This document shows, one piece after another, positions 1-9,964 of a DNA stretch of 64,000 nucleotides; positions within the stretch are counted from its first letter, which is position 1; each line of letters starts with the position of its first letter. The notes beneath the pieces were generated by a model, which saw nothing but the letters and a program-made list of their open reading frames with translations, searched no databases and was not told the origin of the DNA. A program made the translations under genes and the position numbers. The DNA is from Candidatus Binataceae bacterium (GTDB lineage Bacteria; Desulfobacterota; Binatia; Binatales; Binataceae), in assembly GCA_050736695.1 (NCBI GenBank), contig JBOHWH010000170.1, positions 1,973-65,972 of the forward strand, in the 5' to 3' direction.

Positions 1-1
1 G

Positions 2-574
2 ACGGTGGTCGAGCAAAGCCTGGGCGGGCTCGAGTTCGGCGAGGGAATTCCGGGAACCGTCGGCGGCGGCCTGGTGATGAACGCCGGCGCGTTCGGCGGT
101 GAGATCGCGAAAGTGGTGACGATTGTTCACGGCGTGACGCGCCAAGGCGTTGCGCGCAATCTGACCAAAGACGAAATCAATTTCGCCTACCGGCGGACCA
201 GGCTTCCGGCTGGATTTATAATCACGCGGGTCGAGTTCGAGCTTGCCCGCGGCGATCGCGAGGCGCTGCGCGAGCGCGTCGGCGAGGTGCGCGCGCGGCG
301 CGCGGCGCGTCAACCGCGCGGAGTTCCCAACGCCGGATCGATCTTCAAAAATCCTCCCGGCACGTTTGCAGGAAAGTTGCTCGAAGGCGCAGGGTTAAAA
401 GGGCTGCGCCTCGGCGGTGCGGCGTTCTCGGATCGGCACGCGAATTTTATCGTCAATCTTGGCGGTGCACGCGCCGAAGAGGTCCGCGCCCTGATGGAGC
501 TGGCGCGTAACCGCGTCAAGGAGCAAAGCGGCGTCTGGCTCGAGCCGGAGGTCAAGCTGGTGGGCGACTGGTAG
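2..574 (+). CDS. murB: UDP-N-acetylenolpyruvoylglucosamine reductase MurB, C-terminal portion (5' end lies outside window)
   Basis: Translation GSIFKNPPG...AGKLLEGAGLKGLRLGGAAFSDRHANFIVN...VKLVGDW matches MurB C-terminal substrate-binding domain; position immediately upstream of ftsQ/ftsA/ftsZ fits dcw cluster order. Confidence 0.8.
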   Translation, partial: TVVEQSLGGLEFGEGIPGTVGGGLVMNAGAFGGEIAKVVTIVHGVTRQGVARNLTKDEINFAYRRTRLPAGFIITRVEFELARGDREALRERVGEVRARRAARQPRGVPNAGSIFKNPPGTFAGKLLEGAGLKGLRLGGAAFSDRHANFIVNLGGARAEEVRALMELARNRVKEQSGVWLEPEVKLVGDW

Positions 575-588
575 TCCGCACGCGGGAA

Positions 589-1431
589 GTGGCGTGCAGG
601 CAGCGGTGTGGTGGAAGTGGTGCGGTGGTAGAAAGGCGAAAAGGAAAAGATGCGGCGAGATGGAACTCACGGATGGTGGGTATCGTCCTGTGCGCTTTTT
701 TTATTCTGGGCGTGATGACCGGGTTCAGCACGCCCGGGCGCGCACTCACGCTGCGCGTCTGGAATCTTTTTTCCTCGTACTCCGCGCGATTCGATCGCGC
801 CGCCGCTCCCGAAAATCCTTTGCTGCAATGGGTTCGTGAGGCCACCCGCTCAGTGGAGACACAATTGGGCATCAAGCGCGCGCCGATTGCCAAGCTGCCC
901 GGAGTGCGGCAGGGCGGAGCGATCGCGATGGTCGAGCGGCACGACGGATTCTACGCGCTGTTCGCCGACGGCGCGCTGGAGGGTCCGTTCTCGCCCAACT
1001 CCGAGGGCGACCTGCCGATCCTGAGCGGCGACCGGGCGGAGAATTCGCGTGGAACCGAACTGGTCGCATACGCCGCGACGATGGTCCGCGCGGAGGCCGA
1101 GCTGTCGCATCTGGTGTCGGAGATGAGCATCGATGACGACGAAGTCGCCGCGCTCTTTTTGGATCGCGCGCGCACCGAGGTTTTGATCGATCTCGATAAT
1201 GCGCCCGCCGAGATAAGACGGGCGAATGAAGTGCTCGGGAAGTGGCGCGGACGCGAACGGACGATCGCCGTGCTGGATATGACCACGCCCGACGAAGCTG
1301 TCGTGCGCCTGGCCGCGGCCGATGCGCCAGCGCAGCATCGGCACGGTGCGGTGCGCAAGGTCTCGGTCCGTTCCGGAGACACGAGGACCGGCAAATCGGG
1401 CGCGGTGCGGAGGGAGTCCGTGAGGCGATGA
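589..1431 (+). CDS. ftsQ: FtsQ/DivIB-like cell division protein (divergent; single N-terminal TM helix); alternative start at 673
   Basis: Basic cytoplasmic N-terminus then hydrophobic helix (IVLCAFFILGVMTGF), ~200 aa periplasmic part; located between murB and ftsA with ATGA stop/start overlap to ftsA (1428-1431). Assignment mainly by synteny; sequence motifs weak. Confidence 0.45.
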   Translation: MACRQRCGGSGAVVERRKGKDAARWNSRMVGIVLCAFFILGVMTGFSTPGRALTLRVWNLFSSYSARFDRAAAPENPLLQWVREATRSVETQLGIKRAPIAKLPGVRQGGAIAMVERHDGFYALFADGALEGPFSPNSEGDLPILSGDRAENSRGTELVAYAATMVRAEAELSHLVSEMSIDDDEVAALFLDRARTEVLIDLDNAPAEIRRANEVLGKWRGRERTIAVLDMTTPDEAVVRLAAADAPAQHRHGAVRKVSVRSGDTRTGKSGAVRRESVRR

Positions 1432-2645
1432 GGAACCTGCTGACAGGATTGGACGTGGGCACCAGCAAGGTCTGCGCGCTCGTCGCGGAAGCGAGTTCCG
1501 AGGGCGATGTGGCTGTGCTCGGCCACGGAGTCGCGCCATGCACGGGTCTGCGCAAGGGAGTCGTGGTCAATATCGAAGCGACGGTCGAGGCGATTCGCGC
1601 AGCGCTCGACGAGGCCGAGAAAACCTCAGGCCTGCGCATCGGCTCGGTCGTCGCGGGCGTAGCCGGTCCGCATATCCGCGGCCTCAATAGCCACGGAATC
1701 GTCGCGGTGCGCGGCGGAGAAGTCGGTGCGCGCGACGTCGAGCGAGTGATCGACGCGGCGCGCGCGGTGGCGATTCCGCTGGACCGCCAGGTCTTACACA
1801 TCTTGCCGCAGCAATTCGCAGTCGATGATCAGGAAGGCGTGCGCGAGCCGATCGGGATGGCGGGCGTGCGCCTCGAGGCGCGCATCCATATCGTTACCGC
1901 GGCGCAGAGTTACGGCCAGAACCTGACCAAGTGCTGCGAGCGCGCGGGGATTACTCCGGCCGAGATGGTTTTCGAGCCGCTCGCGTCGGCGGAGGCAGCG
2001 CTGTTTCCCGAAGAACGCGAGCTTGGCGTCGCGCTGATCGATATCGGCGGCGGCACGACTGACATCATCGTGTTTCATGCCGGCGCCGTGATGCATACCG
2101 CCGTGCTGCCGTTGGGCGGAAATCATTTGACCAGCGACATCGCGGCCGGAATCCGCACGCCGATCGCGGAAGCGGAGAAGCTCAAGATTGCTTACGGTGC
2201 CGCGACCAATCAGGTCGTACGGCGCGACGAGATGGTGCGGGTGGCGGGTGTGGGCGGACGCGAGCCGAAGGCGATCGCGCGCCGGATGCTCACCGACATC
2301 ATCGAGCCGCGGATGGAAGAGATACTCGCGATGGCGCAGCGCGAAATCATGCGCTCGGGCGTGGCCGACAGCCTCGCCTCGGGAATCGTGCTGGTGGGCG
2401 GCACGTCGCTGCTCGAAGGCACCCAGGAATTGGCGGAGCGGATTTTTGGAGTTCCGGTCCGGCGCGGGCTTCCGATCAATCTTAAAGGGATGCCCGAGGA
2501 ATTGATGAAACCGATGTATACCACCGCGGCGGGTTTGATCCTGTGCCAGGGCACCGCTCGCGGGGTTAACGGCGTGGCCGGACGCTACGGGCGATGGGGC
2601 AGACTGCGTATTCGCTTGAGCGACTGGGTGAGAGATTTCTTTTGA
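1428..2645 (+). CDS. ftsA: cell division protein FtsA (actin-like ATPase)
   Basis: [21 protein letters not shown]... (FtsA N-terminal phosphate-1 motif), full-length actin-fold; 6-frame ORF begins earlier at 1242 but true start is ATG 1428 overlapping ftsQ stop. Confidence 0.9.
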   Translation: MRNLLTGLDVGTSKVCALVAEASSEGDVAVLGHGVAPCTGLRKGVVVNIEATVEAIRAALDEAEKTSGLRIGSVVAGVAGPHIRGLNSHGIVAVRGGEVGARDVERVIDAARAVAIPLDRQVLHILPQQFAVDDQEGVREPIGMAGVRLEARIHIVTAAQSYGQNLTKCCERAGITPAEMVFEPLASAEAALFPEERELGVALIDIGGGTTDIIVFHAGAVMHTAVLPLGGNHLTSDIAAGIRTPIAEAEKLKIAYGAATNQVVRRDEMVRVAGVGGREPKAIARRMLTDIIEPRMEEILAMAQREIMRSGVADSLASGIVLVGGTSLLEGTQELAERIFGVPVRRGLPINLKGMPEELMKPMYTTAAGLILCQGTARGVNGVAGRYGRWGRLRIRLSDWVRDFF

Positions 2646-2713
2646 CACGCCGACGAAAGAAAAACTGGAGCTGTCAGCAAACTTTGCCGGTAGGTGGTGG
2701 AGGAGGTTCGCAC

Positions 2714-4006
2714 ATGATTGAATTGGTGAGTAACCCCGATTTGGGCGCGCGCATAAAGGTAATCGGCGCAGGCGGATGCGGCGGCAACGCGATCAATCAC
2801 ATGATCGCTTCCGGCGTCCGCAATGTTGATTTTATCGCCGTCAATACCGATTCGCAGGCGCTCCAGAACAATCACGCGCCTCTGAAACTTCAGATCGGCG
2901 AGACGCTGACTCGAGGCCGCGGCGCGGGCGGCAATCCTGAAATCGGGCGCAAGGCCGCGCTCGAAGATGAAGAGCGAATCCGCGCCGAGCTGGCCGACGC
3001 CGAAATGGTCTTCGTCACCGCCGGAATGGGCGGAGGCACCGGCACCGGCTCCGCGCCGGTTATCGCCCGAGTTGCGCGCGAGCTTGGCGCGCTGACCGTC
3101 GGCGTGGTGACCAAGCCGTTTCAGTTCGAGGCGCGCAAGCGGATGGCGCAAGCGGAAGAGGGTCTGCGCGAGCTGAAGAACTCAGTCGATACGCTGATCA
3201 CAATTCCAAATCAGCGTCTGCTCTCGGTAGCCAATCGCAACACTTCCCTGCGCGAGGCATTCGCCAAAGCCGACGACGTGCTGTTGCAGGCGGTCCGCGG
3301 AATTTCGGAGCTGGTCACGGTTCACGGGCTCATCAATCTCGATTTCGCCGACGTGCGATCGATCATGTCGGAGATGGGGATGGCGATGATGGGCGCGGCG
3401 ACGGCGTCGGGGGAGAATCGCGCGGTCGAAGCGGCGCAGCGCGCGATCTCGAGTCCGCTGCTCGAAGACGTTTCGATCAAGGGCGCGCGCGGATTGCTGA
3501 TCAACGTGACCGGCGGCCCCGAGATGTCGCTGTACGAAGTGAACGAAGCGGCCAGCCTGATCCAGGAAGAGGCCGACGAGGACGCGAACATCATTTTTGG
3601 CGCGGTCGTCGATGAAACCGCCGGCAACGAAATTCGCGTGACGGTTATCGCGACCGGCTTCGGCGAGAAGGACCTGGCGTCGTTCTCGAAGTATTCGCCG
3701 TCGGGAGCGCCGATCACGACGCCGATCATGGCAGCCTCGACGCGACCGGTGGATCCTGCGGAGATTCGACCGACCCTCGCGCCGTCACCGGCGCAGATGT
3801 CGGGACAAGTGCGACAGTTCCCCGGCGGCAAACCGGTGCGCCGGATGGGATTGATCGTCGATGAGAGCAGTCTGGATATTCCGGCGTTCAAGCGGCGCGG
3901 TACGACTGACGCAAGCGGTGACCAGGAGCGGCTCGAGCCGAACGCGCTGCTCGACGGTGACGACAAGCTCGACGTGCCGACCTTCCTGCGCAAGCACATC
4001 GACTAG
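2714..4006 (+). CDS. ftsZ: cell division GTPase FtsZ
   Basis: [18 protein letters not shown] (tubulin-like glycine-rich motif GGGTGTG also present), strong SD GGTGGAGGAGG before ATG 2714; long disordered C-terminal linker and conserved C-terminal DVPTFLRK peptide. Confidence 0.95.
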   Translation: MIELVSNPDLGARIKVIGAGGCGGNAINHMIASGVRNVDFIAVNTDSQALQNNHAPLKLQIGETLTRGRGAGGNPEIGRKAALEDEERIRAELADAEMVFVTAGMGGGTGTGSAPVIARVARELGALTVGVVTKPFQFEARKRMAQAEEGLRELKNSVDTLITIPNQRLLSVANRNTSLREAFAKADDVLLQAVRGISELVTVHGLINLDFADVRSIMSEMGMAMMGAATASGENRAVEAAQRAISSPLLEDVSIKGARGLLINVTGGPEMSLYEVNEAASLIQEEADEDANIIFGAVVDETAGNEIRVTVIATGFGEKDLASFSKYSPSGAPITTPIMAASTRPVDPAEIRPTLAPSPAQMSGQVRQFPGGKPVRRMGLIVDESSLDIPAFKRRGTTDASGDQERLEPNALLDGDDKLDVPTFLRKHID

Positions 4007-4170
4007 CGGAAGATCGCAGGGAGCGCGGAGCAGCACCCTCACTCACGCGTCACGGCGATTGCTAAAAAGAGCAATCGCCGCGCCGCGTCGCCCGCGTGCC
4101 AGTGGCACCTCCCGGAGGGAGAGGGTATCTGTGGGCGCCGGAATGGCTCTTGCTCAAAACCTGGGCGCGA

Positions 4171-5952
4171 CTATTTCGCAGTCAGCGCGGCGGTCAGCTC
4201 TTGATGCTTGTCGCGCAAGGGCTTGGGCATTGTCGGGCCGATTTTGTCGAAGAACTCGGCGGCTGAGTTCAATTCGATTTTCCATTCTTCCGGCTTGATC
4301 GCGAGATCTTCGCGGAGTTGTTCGGTCGAGATCTCGAGGCCGCTGAGATCCAGGTCGGAGAGCTTGGGCACGCCGCCGACCGATGTTTTCTCGGCGCTGA
4401 CGCGGCCGCCGATCCGATCGAGCATCCACTTGAGCACGCGCAGATTGTCGCCGAAGCCGGGCCACAGGAAGTTGCCGTCTTTGTCCTTGCGGAACCAATT
4501 GACCATGAAGATCTTCGGCGGATGCTTGATCGATTTTTCCATCGCGAGCCAGTGGCCGAAGTAATCGCCGATGTTGTAGCCGCAGAACGGCAGCATCGCC
4601 ATCGGATCGCGCCTGACCACGCCGACCGCTCCCGCAGCAGCCGCTGTGGTCTCCGAGCCCATCGTCGCGCCCATGAAAACGCCGTGGGTCCAGCTCTCGG
4701 ATTCGAGTACCAGCGGAGTCGTGGTGGCGCGGCGTCCGCCGAACACGATCGCGGAAATCGGAACGCCCTTGGGATCGTTGGCGTGCGGCGAGAGCGCGGG
4801 ATTATTGATCATCGGGGTCGTAAAGCGGCTATTCGGATGCGCGGCTTTCTCCTTTGATGACTTGTTCCACGGGCGCCCCTGCCAATCGAGGAGTCCTTCC
4901 GGCGGCGGCGCGTCGGTCCCTTCCCACCAGACGTCGCCGTCGGGTGTCATCGCGACGTTGGTGAAGATCGAGTCATGCCCGAGCATCTTCATCGCGTTTG
5001 GATTCGAATGAGAATTGGTGCCGGGCGCGACGCCGAAGTAACCGTTCTCCGGATTGACCGCCCACAGCCGTCCGTCGTCGCCGACGCGCAGCCACGCGAT
5101 ATCGTCGCCGACCGTGAAGACTTTCCATCCGGCGAACGCGGGCGGCGGCGTCAGCATCGCGAGGTTGGTTTTTCCGCACGCGCTCGGGAACGCAGCCGCG
5201 ACGTAAGTAGTCTCGCCCTTGGGATTCTGGATGCCGAGGATCAGCATGTGCTCGGCAAGCCAGCCCTCGCGCCGGCCCTGGTTGCTCGCGATTCTGAGTG
5301 CGAAGCATTTCTTGCTGAGCAGAGCGTTGCCGCCGTAGCCGGAGCCGACCGACCAGATCGCGTTGTCCTTTGGGAAGTGGCAGATCAGGCGGCGCTCAGG
5401 ATTAACGTCGAGCGTGCAATGGACGCCGCGGCAGAAGTCGCCGCCGGCGCCGAGCTGTTCGAGCGCCTGCGTACCCATCCGCGTCATGATCCGCATATTG
5501 AGCGCGACATAGACGCTGTCGGTAATCTCGACGCCGACTTTTGCAAACGGTCCGAATGGTCCCATCACATACGGGATCACGTACATCGTGCGCCCGCGCA
5601 TCGAGCCTTTAAGCCATCCGCGCAGCTTGGCGTAGGTCTCGGCGGGATCGGCCCAATTGTTGGTCGGTCCGGCGTCGCGTTTATCGGGCGAGCAGATGAG
5701 GGTGAGTTGCTCGGTGCGCGCGACGTCGTTCGGATTGGAACGATGCAGGTGGCTTTCTGGTTTTTTTTTCGCGTTGAGCGGAATCAAGACCCCGGATTTG
5801 ACCGCGACCTCAGTCAGGCGGCGGCGTTCAGCTTCGGAGCCGTCGCACCAAACGATTTCGTCGGGAGTGGTGAGGGTTGCGATTTCCGCAACCCAATCAG
5901 CCAGAGCACGGCTCTTGGTGAGTGCGGATTTGGTGTCGAGGTTTGGCGTCAC
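4171..5952 (-). CDS. pckG: phosphoenolpyruvate carboxykinase (GTP)
   Basis: 593 aa; FPSACGKTN kinase-1a motif and overall GTP-PEPCK architecture (WLAEHMLILG, GDDIAWL). Confidence 0.9.
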   Translation of the reverse strand: MTPNLDTKSALTKSRALADWVAEIATLTTPDEIVWCDGSEAERRRLTEVAVKSGVLIPLNAKKKPESHLHRSNPNDVARTEQLTLICSPDKRDAGPTNNWADPAETYAKLRGWLKGSMRGRTMYVIPYVMGPFGPFAKVGVEITDSVYVALNMRIMTRMGTQALEQLGAGGDFCRGVHCTLDVNPERRLICHFPKDNAIWSVGSGYGGNALLSKKCFALRIASNQGRREGWLAEHMLILGIQNPKGETTYVAAAFPSACGKTNLAMLTPPPAFAGWKVFTVGDDIAWLRVGDDGRLWAVNPENGYFGVAPGTNSHSNPNAMKMLGHDSIFTNVAMTPDGDVWWEGTDAPPPEGLLDWQGRPWNKSSKEKAAHPNSRFTTPMINNPALSPHANDPKGVPISAIVFGGRRATTTPLVLESESWTHGVFMGATMGSETTAAAAGAVGVVRRDPMAMLPFCGYNIGDYFGHWLAMEKSIKHPPKIFMVNWFRKDKDGNFLWPGFGDNLRVLKWMLDRIGGRVSAEKTSVGGVPKLSDLDLSGLEISTEQLREDLAIKPEEWKIELNSAAEFFDKIGPTMPKPLRDKHQELTAALTAK

Positions 5953-6208
5953 TTGATCACTCCGTATCAGCGCGTCGGTTATGGTGCCTATTATGCGAAA
6001 ACCCGTACGCTGCGACTAACCGAATTGTAACATTTAGCCCAGCTAATAGTCCAATATCGCGATAAGGACTATAAGGCAAGCTTCATCGCCTGCAAAGCGC
6101 ATCGATGAAGCGTAAAAGCGACGACGGCGCCGGCATTTAGATGCGAGCGCCGTCGTGTCTGGAGAAGGTCACGGCTCAAGGAGACCGAGTCTTATCGAGG
6201 CGACTTTC

Positions 6209-6976
6209 TCAATAGGCGGCGCTCTTGCGGGTTGATTCGACCAGGCGCTGGATTTCGGCTTCGGTGAATCCCGCGAGCAGGCGGGCCTCGCGTGCGATCG
6301 TGAGCATCATGCCGTCGTCGGTCTTCAGATCTTCGGCTGCGCGCCGGCCGCCTCGGAAGTTGAAGACTTCATCGACGGTCTCCTGAAACGCGAGCGCGGC
6401 TGCGAGCCGCTCGGGGTCGCCCTCGGTCAGCTTGCGCATCCACTTCGAGCCCATCCTGACGTGCGTGATTTCGTCGGCGAGCACGTAGTCGATCGCGCGC
6501 TCGATCACCTCGTCGCCGTTACGCTGCGCGATTCGGATCAGTTGGTCGAACACGTCGCAGGCGAGGCCCTCGAGTCCGCGATTGATCCCGGCGACGCGGG
6601 CCGCCGGATCCTCGGCTTGGGTGCATCGCCACAGGATCTCGGTCTCGACGTAATCGCCCATCTTGCCGCCCATGTAGTTCAGCAGGCGCTCGAAAATTTC
6701 CGCGTGCCGGGATTCGTCCCAGACCTGGCGCGCCATATCGAGCTGGAACTCCCACGGCGCGTCGGGGAAATCGAACAGCGTGCGTCCCGCCGCTTCCATC
6801 GCCTGGAATTCGCCGGTCATGATTCCGTGCATGCGCGCGCGCAGCGCTTCTTCGTCGAGGGGCAGCGGACGGTTGTCGAGTCCTTGCTCTTCATTGATCT
6901 CGCGGACCTGCTTCCCGCGCATCAGGACGATATGGTCGGGCCGCGCAAGGCGATCGACTGGGATACATCTTTCCAT
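6209..6976 (-). CDS. ferritin-like diiron-carboxylate protein, paralog 1 (E / ExxH / E / ExxH ligand set)
   Basis: 255 aa; helices carrying EFQAMEAAG, WDESRHAE, LEGLACD, LADEITH give classic four-helix diiron site; last gene of TetR-headed operon. Confidence 0.6.
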   Translation of the reverse strand: MERCIPVDRLARPDHIVLMRGKQVREINEEQGLDNRPLPLDEEALRARMHGIMTGEFQAMEAAGRTLFDFPDAPWEFQLDMARQVWDESRHAEIFERLLNYMGGKMGDYVETEILWRCTQAEDPAARVAGINRGLEGLACDVFDQLIRIAQRNGDEVIERAIDYVLADEITHVRMGSKWMRKLTEGDPERLAAALAFQETVDEVFNFRGGRRAAEDLKTDDGMMLTIAREARLLAGFTEAEIQRLVESTRKSAAY

Positions 6977-7071
6977 CGTTCAAATTCCTCTGAGCGTTCG
7001 TTAAGGATTCGGAATCCGGGATTCCTCGCGCGGCAGCCACGCGCGGGAATGACGGGCCGATTCGGCATGGT

Positions 7072-7872
7072 CTAGTAAGCTTGGCTCTTGCCGAAGCCTC
7101 TGACCAGGCGTTCGAGTTCTTCTTCGGTGAAACCGGCGAGCAGCCGCGCCTCGCGCGCGATCGTGATGCCCTGGTCGATCTCGATATCCTTGCCGTTGAC
7201 GCGCTGCATGATTTTGTCAGCCTTGTCGACTGTGGTGCGCGTGCCGGCGAAATTGAACAGATCGTCGATACTATTCTGAAAGTCTTGGGCTTTTTTGTAG
7301 CGTTCGGGATCGCCCTCAGTCAGCTTGCGCATCCATCGCGAGCCCATCCGCACGTGCGTGATTTCGTCGGCGAGCACGTAATCGACCGAGCGCTCGATCA
7401 CTTCGTCGCCCATCTTCTGCGCCAGGCGAATGAGTTGTTCGAAGACGTCGCAGGCAAGGCCCTCGAGTCCGCGATTGATTCCGGCGACTCGCGCGGCGGG
7501 ATCCGCGGCCTGGGTGCATGACCACAGTACTTCGCTCTCCGGAAATTCGCCGTAGAACGAACCCGTGTACTCGAGCAGCTTCATGTAGATTTCGGCGTGG
7601 CGCGATTCGTCCCAAACCTGGCGCGCCATGTCGAGCTGGAACTCCCACGGCGAGTCGGGAAAATCGAACACAGTACGGCCCGCGGCTTCCATCGCCTGAA
7701 ACTCACCGGCGCAGATTCCATGCAGCCGCGTCTTCAGGAAATCCTCTTCATAGGGCATCGCGCCGTTGGGCGTCAGCCCCTGCTCGGAGCGCGCGCGCCG
7801 CGAGCGCTCGGCGGGAACCAGAATATGATCCTCGGGGCGTGCGAGCTTATCGACGGGAATCATTCGCTGCAT
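7072..7872 (-). CDS. ferritin-like diiron-carboxylate protein, paralog 2
   Basis: 266 aa, ~65-70% identical to 6209-6976 with identical metal-ligand motifs; tandem duplication. Confidence 0.6.
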   Translation of the reverse strand: MQRMIPVDKLARPEDHILVPAERSRRARSEQGLTPNGAMPYEEDFLKTRLHGICAGEFQAMEAAGRTVFDFPDSPWEFQLDMARQVWDESRHAEIYMKLLEYTGSFYGEFPESEVLWSCTQAADPAARVAGINRGLEGLACDVFEQLIRLAQKMGDEVIERSVDYVLADEITHVRMGSRWMRKLTEGDPERYKKAQDFQNSIDDLFNFAGTRTTVDKADKIMQRVNGKDIEIDQGITIAREARLLAGFTEEELERLVRGFGKSQAY

Positions 7873-7902
7873 GATGGATCTCCTAGCTGCGCGTGGCTGT
7901 TT

Positions 7903-8289
7903 CTATCTGGTCCAGGCTGACCGCGCCTCGGTCAGGTTATTTGCTTCGCGGACGGTCCAGCGGCCATCCTCTTCGCCGAGCCGGAACTGAAGCGTGAAGG
8001 GCAAGGCTGCGCGGCCGGTCAGGCGAGCTTTGGTGTACCAATGTTTCGCGATTCGCGCCTGCCCGATGATCGTAACTTTATCATATGCACCCGGTTTGAC
8101 CGAGTCCGCAATTTTGAGCATCGCCTCGACCGCCTGCGGATGCGACGCGGTCTCGACCTCGGCGCGATGGCCGGCGACGATCGCGGCAAGGAGCGCATCG
8201 GCGGCCGCGATCATCGATTGCGGCGGCTCGACGATCCTCGCGATCGGCTGCGGCCCCATCACGTTGGCGCGGTTTCCCAAGTCAGCCAT
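7903..8289 (-). CDS. small NTF2-like (SnoaL/ketosteroid-isomerase/limonene-epoxide-hydrolase fold) protein
   Basis: 128 aa; pattern ...AAIVAGHRAEVE...YDKVTIIGQARIAKHWYT...GRWTVREAN typical of NTF2-like cone fold (C-terminal GrW-x-I motif). Confidence 0.45.
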   Translation of the reverse strand: MADLGNRANVMGPQPIARIVEPPQSMIAAADALLAAIVAGHRAEVETASHPQAVEAMLKIADSVKPGAYDKVTIIGQARIAKHWYTKARLTGRAALPFTLQFRLGEEDGRWTVREANNLTEARSAWTR

Positions 8290-8653
8290 TCGGATTGCCT
8301 CGGCGTTCAGCGGCGTAATGCTGGATATCGCTCCACGGCGATCGCTTGGTGCTGAGGTCTTCCGCGTCAGCGATTACAAATTTTCCGGCGTCAGACTTCT
8401 TCCATCGGACCAGCAGTTTGGCGCCGCCCTTGGCGCCCGAGAGGCGAAGCTTGGACATGAACTGGCCGCCGATCTTCGCAAGTGCGAGGGTCTCGAAATT
8501 ATCGAACGGGCGCAGCGATGCGATCGAGGCGAGCGCCTCGCGATAGCTCTCGCGCGCCGAGTCGTCAACATAAGTATCGGCGTCAGCGCTGCCGGCGAGC
8601 AGGGCTTTGCCGTGCGCGATAATCCGATCCTCGAGTTCAGGAACGTTCATCAA
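8282..8653 (-). CDS. small NTF2-like fold protein (paralog-like of 7903-8289)
   Basis: 123 aa; ...LLVRWKKSDAGKFVIADAE C-terminal strand pattern of NTF2-like family; 8-nt overlap with downstream gene. Confidence 0.45.
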   Translation of the reverse strand: MMNVPELEDRIIAHGKALLAGSADADTYVDDSARESYREALASIASLRPFDNFETLALAKIGGQFMSKLRLSGAKGGAKLLVRWKKSDAGKFVIADAEDLSTKRSPWSDIQHYAAERRGNPNG

Positions 8654-9267
8654 CTGCGGCCGAACTTTTTCGGCCCCTCCTTCTCGGGCTCGAAGCCCAG
8701 CACTCCGCCCGAGGCCGCCAGCAGATCCTCCAGATGCGCCTGCCAGGTGGCGGCGCGGCGATACATCTGCGCCGAGTCGAGGAGATCGCCAAGCAGCACG
8801 AGGCCCTTCTCTACGTGCGAGTTTTCCTCTTCGAGAATGCGCTGGAAAATCCGAATCGTCGGCGGCTCATAGACCGGGTTGGCGGCGGTGATAAGCGCGC
8901 TGTAGTGCGAAATGAGATGCGGCTTCAGCACGCGGTAGATTCCGGTCAGCCGCTCGATAGTGTCTTCCCACTGCTCCTTGTCTTCGATCTCCTGGATAAA
9001 GGTGACGAAGTTTTCATTGGCCGGCTTTGAGACCTGCGCTTGCGTGCGCAGCTCCGGCAAGCGCTTGCCGAGCGCGTCGGTATGGAGCGCGTCTTCGTAC
9101 ACCTGCCGTGCCATCTCGAGCTTGACCGGGACTTCGGGCGTAAGTGCGATCCATCCCGCCATCATCCGCATCATGCGCTCTTCGGCGTAGCGGTAGTTCA
9201 TGATTTGGCTCACGCTCTCGCGGACGCTGTAAACGCCGTCGAGTGTACGCCTGTCGTAAAACGCCAT
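8650..9267 (-). CDS. hypothetical helical protein, possibly metal-binding (EEENSH, YEDALH)
   Basis: 205 aa, first structural gene after TetR; stop overlaps next start (8650-8653); no recognisable family from sequence alone. Confidence 0.5.
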   Translation of the reverse strand: MAFYDRRTLDGVYSVRESVSQIMNYRYAEERMMRMMAGWIALTPEVPVKLEMARQVYEDALHTDALGKRLPELRTQAQVSKPANENFVTFIQEIEDKEQWEDTIERLTGIYRVLKPHLISHYSALITAANPVYEPPTIRIFQRILEEENSHVEKGLVLLGDLLDSAQMYRRAATWQAHLEDLLAASGGVLGFEPEKEGPKKFGRS

Positions 9268-9270
9268 CGC

Positions 9271-9951
9271 TTATGACTCCTCGAACCGCGCAATCTCGGA
9301 CGCGTCGGGCCTATCGGTCTGCTTGCCGGCTCCGGTTGCGAAAAAGCGGCCTTCGATTATTCCGGCGATCTCGCGCCAGTAGGTTTCCTTGTCGATTCCC
9401 GCAAGTGCGCGCCCGCCGGTCGCCCATCCGGCGCACAGCATATGGATGATATGCACCGCGCTCTGCAGGTTCTCGAAACGAACCACGCCCGCGGCGCTTC
9501 CGCGCTCGAGCACCCGACTTACGGCGCGCAAGTAAGGATCGATCGCCGCCGCCATCTCCTTGCGATAACGGGTGCGCCGCGCGAGGTAGCGGGCCTCGTG
9601 ATACAGGACGTTGAAGGCCTCGCGATAGCGATCGATCACGTCGAGAATCGCGCGCATCATCTGGACCAGTTCGCGGCGCGGGTCGTCGCCACCACGCTCC
9701 CGGATGACCGGCAACTGCTCGATCAACTCCGACACCATCGACTCCGCGATCAGGACCAGGATTTCGTCCTTGCTGTGCAAATAGACATAGATCGATCCGG
9801 CGGCGATCCCCGCTTCGAGCGCGAACTCCTTGACCGAGGCTTCATGAAAAGATTTGCGTTCGAGGACGCGGCAAGCCGCCAGGAAAATCTGGCGACGGCG
9901 CTGGCGGACCAGCACTTCGTCGTGAGGGAGCGATCGCAAAGCCTCAGGCAT
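9271..9951 (-). CDS. TetR/AcrR family transcriptional regulator
   Basis: N-terminal HTH RRRQIFLAACRVLERKSFHEASVKEFALEAGIAAGSIYVYLHSKDEIL; 6-frame ORF extends to 10284 but TetR domain starts at ATG 9951. Confidence 0.8.
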   Translation of the reverse strand: MPEALRSLPHDEVLVRQRRRQIFLAACRVLERKSFHEASVKEFALEAGIAAGSIYVYLHSKDEILVLIAESMVSELIEQLPVIRERGGDDPRRELVQMMRAILDVIDRYREAFNVLYHEARYLARRTRYRKEMAAAIDPYLRAVSRVLERGSAAGVVRFENLQSAVHIIHMLCAGWATGGRALAGIDKETYWREIAGIIEGRFFATGAGKQTDRPDASEIARFEES

Positions 9952-9964
9952 CGTAAGGTGCGCC

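Noticed and set aside
872-1801. 309-aa minus-strand ORF (and 850-1539, 951-1526) antisense to ftsQ/ftsA
   Set aside because: Arg/Pro/Ala/Ser-rich translation typical of wrong-frame reading of 65% GC DNA; overlaps strongly supported ftsA/ftsQ genes.
4107-4125. TGGCAC hexamer at 4110
   Set aside because: No GC-containing -12 element at the required spacing (downstream is CTCCCGGAGG); inside convergent intergenic region.
5657-5956. 99-aa plus-strand ORF and 4975-6030 351-aa ORF overlapping pckG
   Set aside because: Antisense to a highly conserved PEPCK gene; no independent support.
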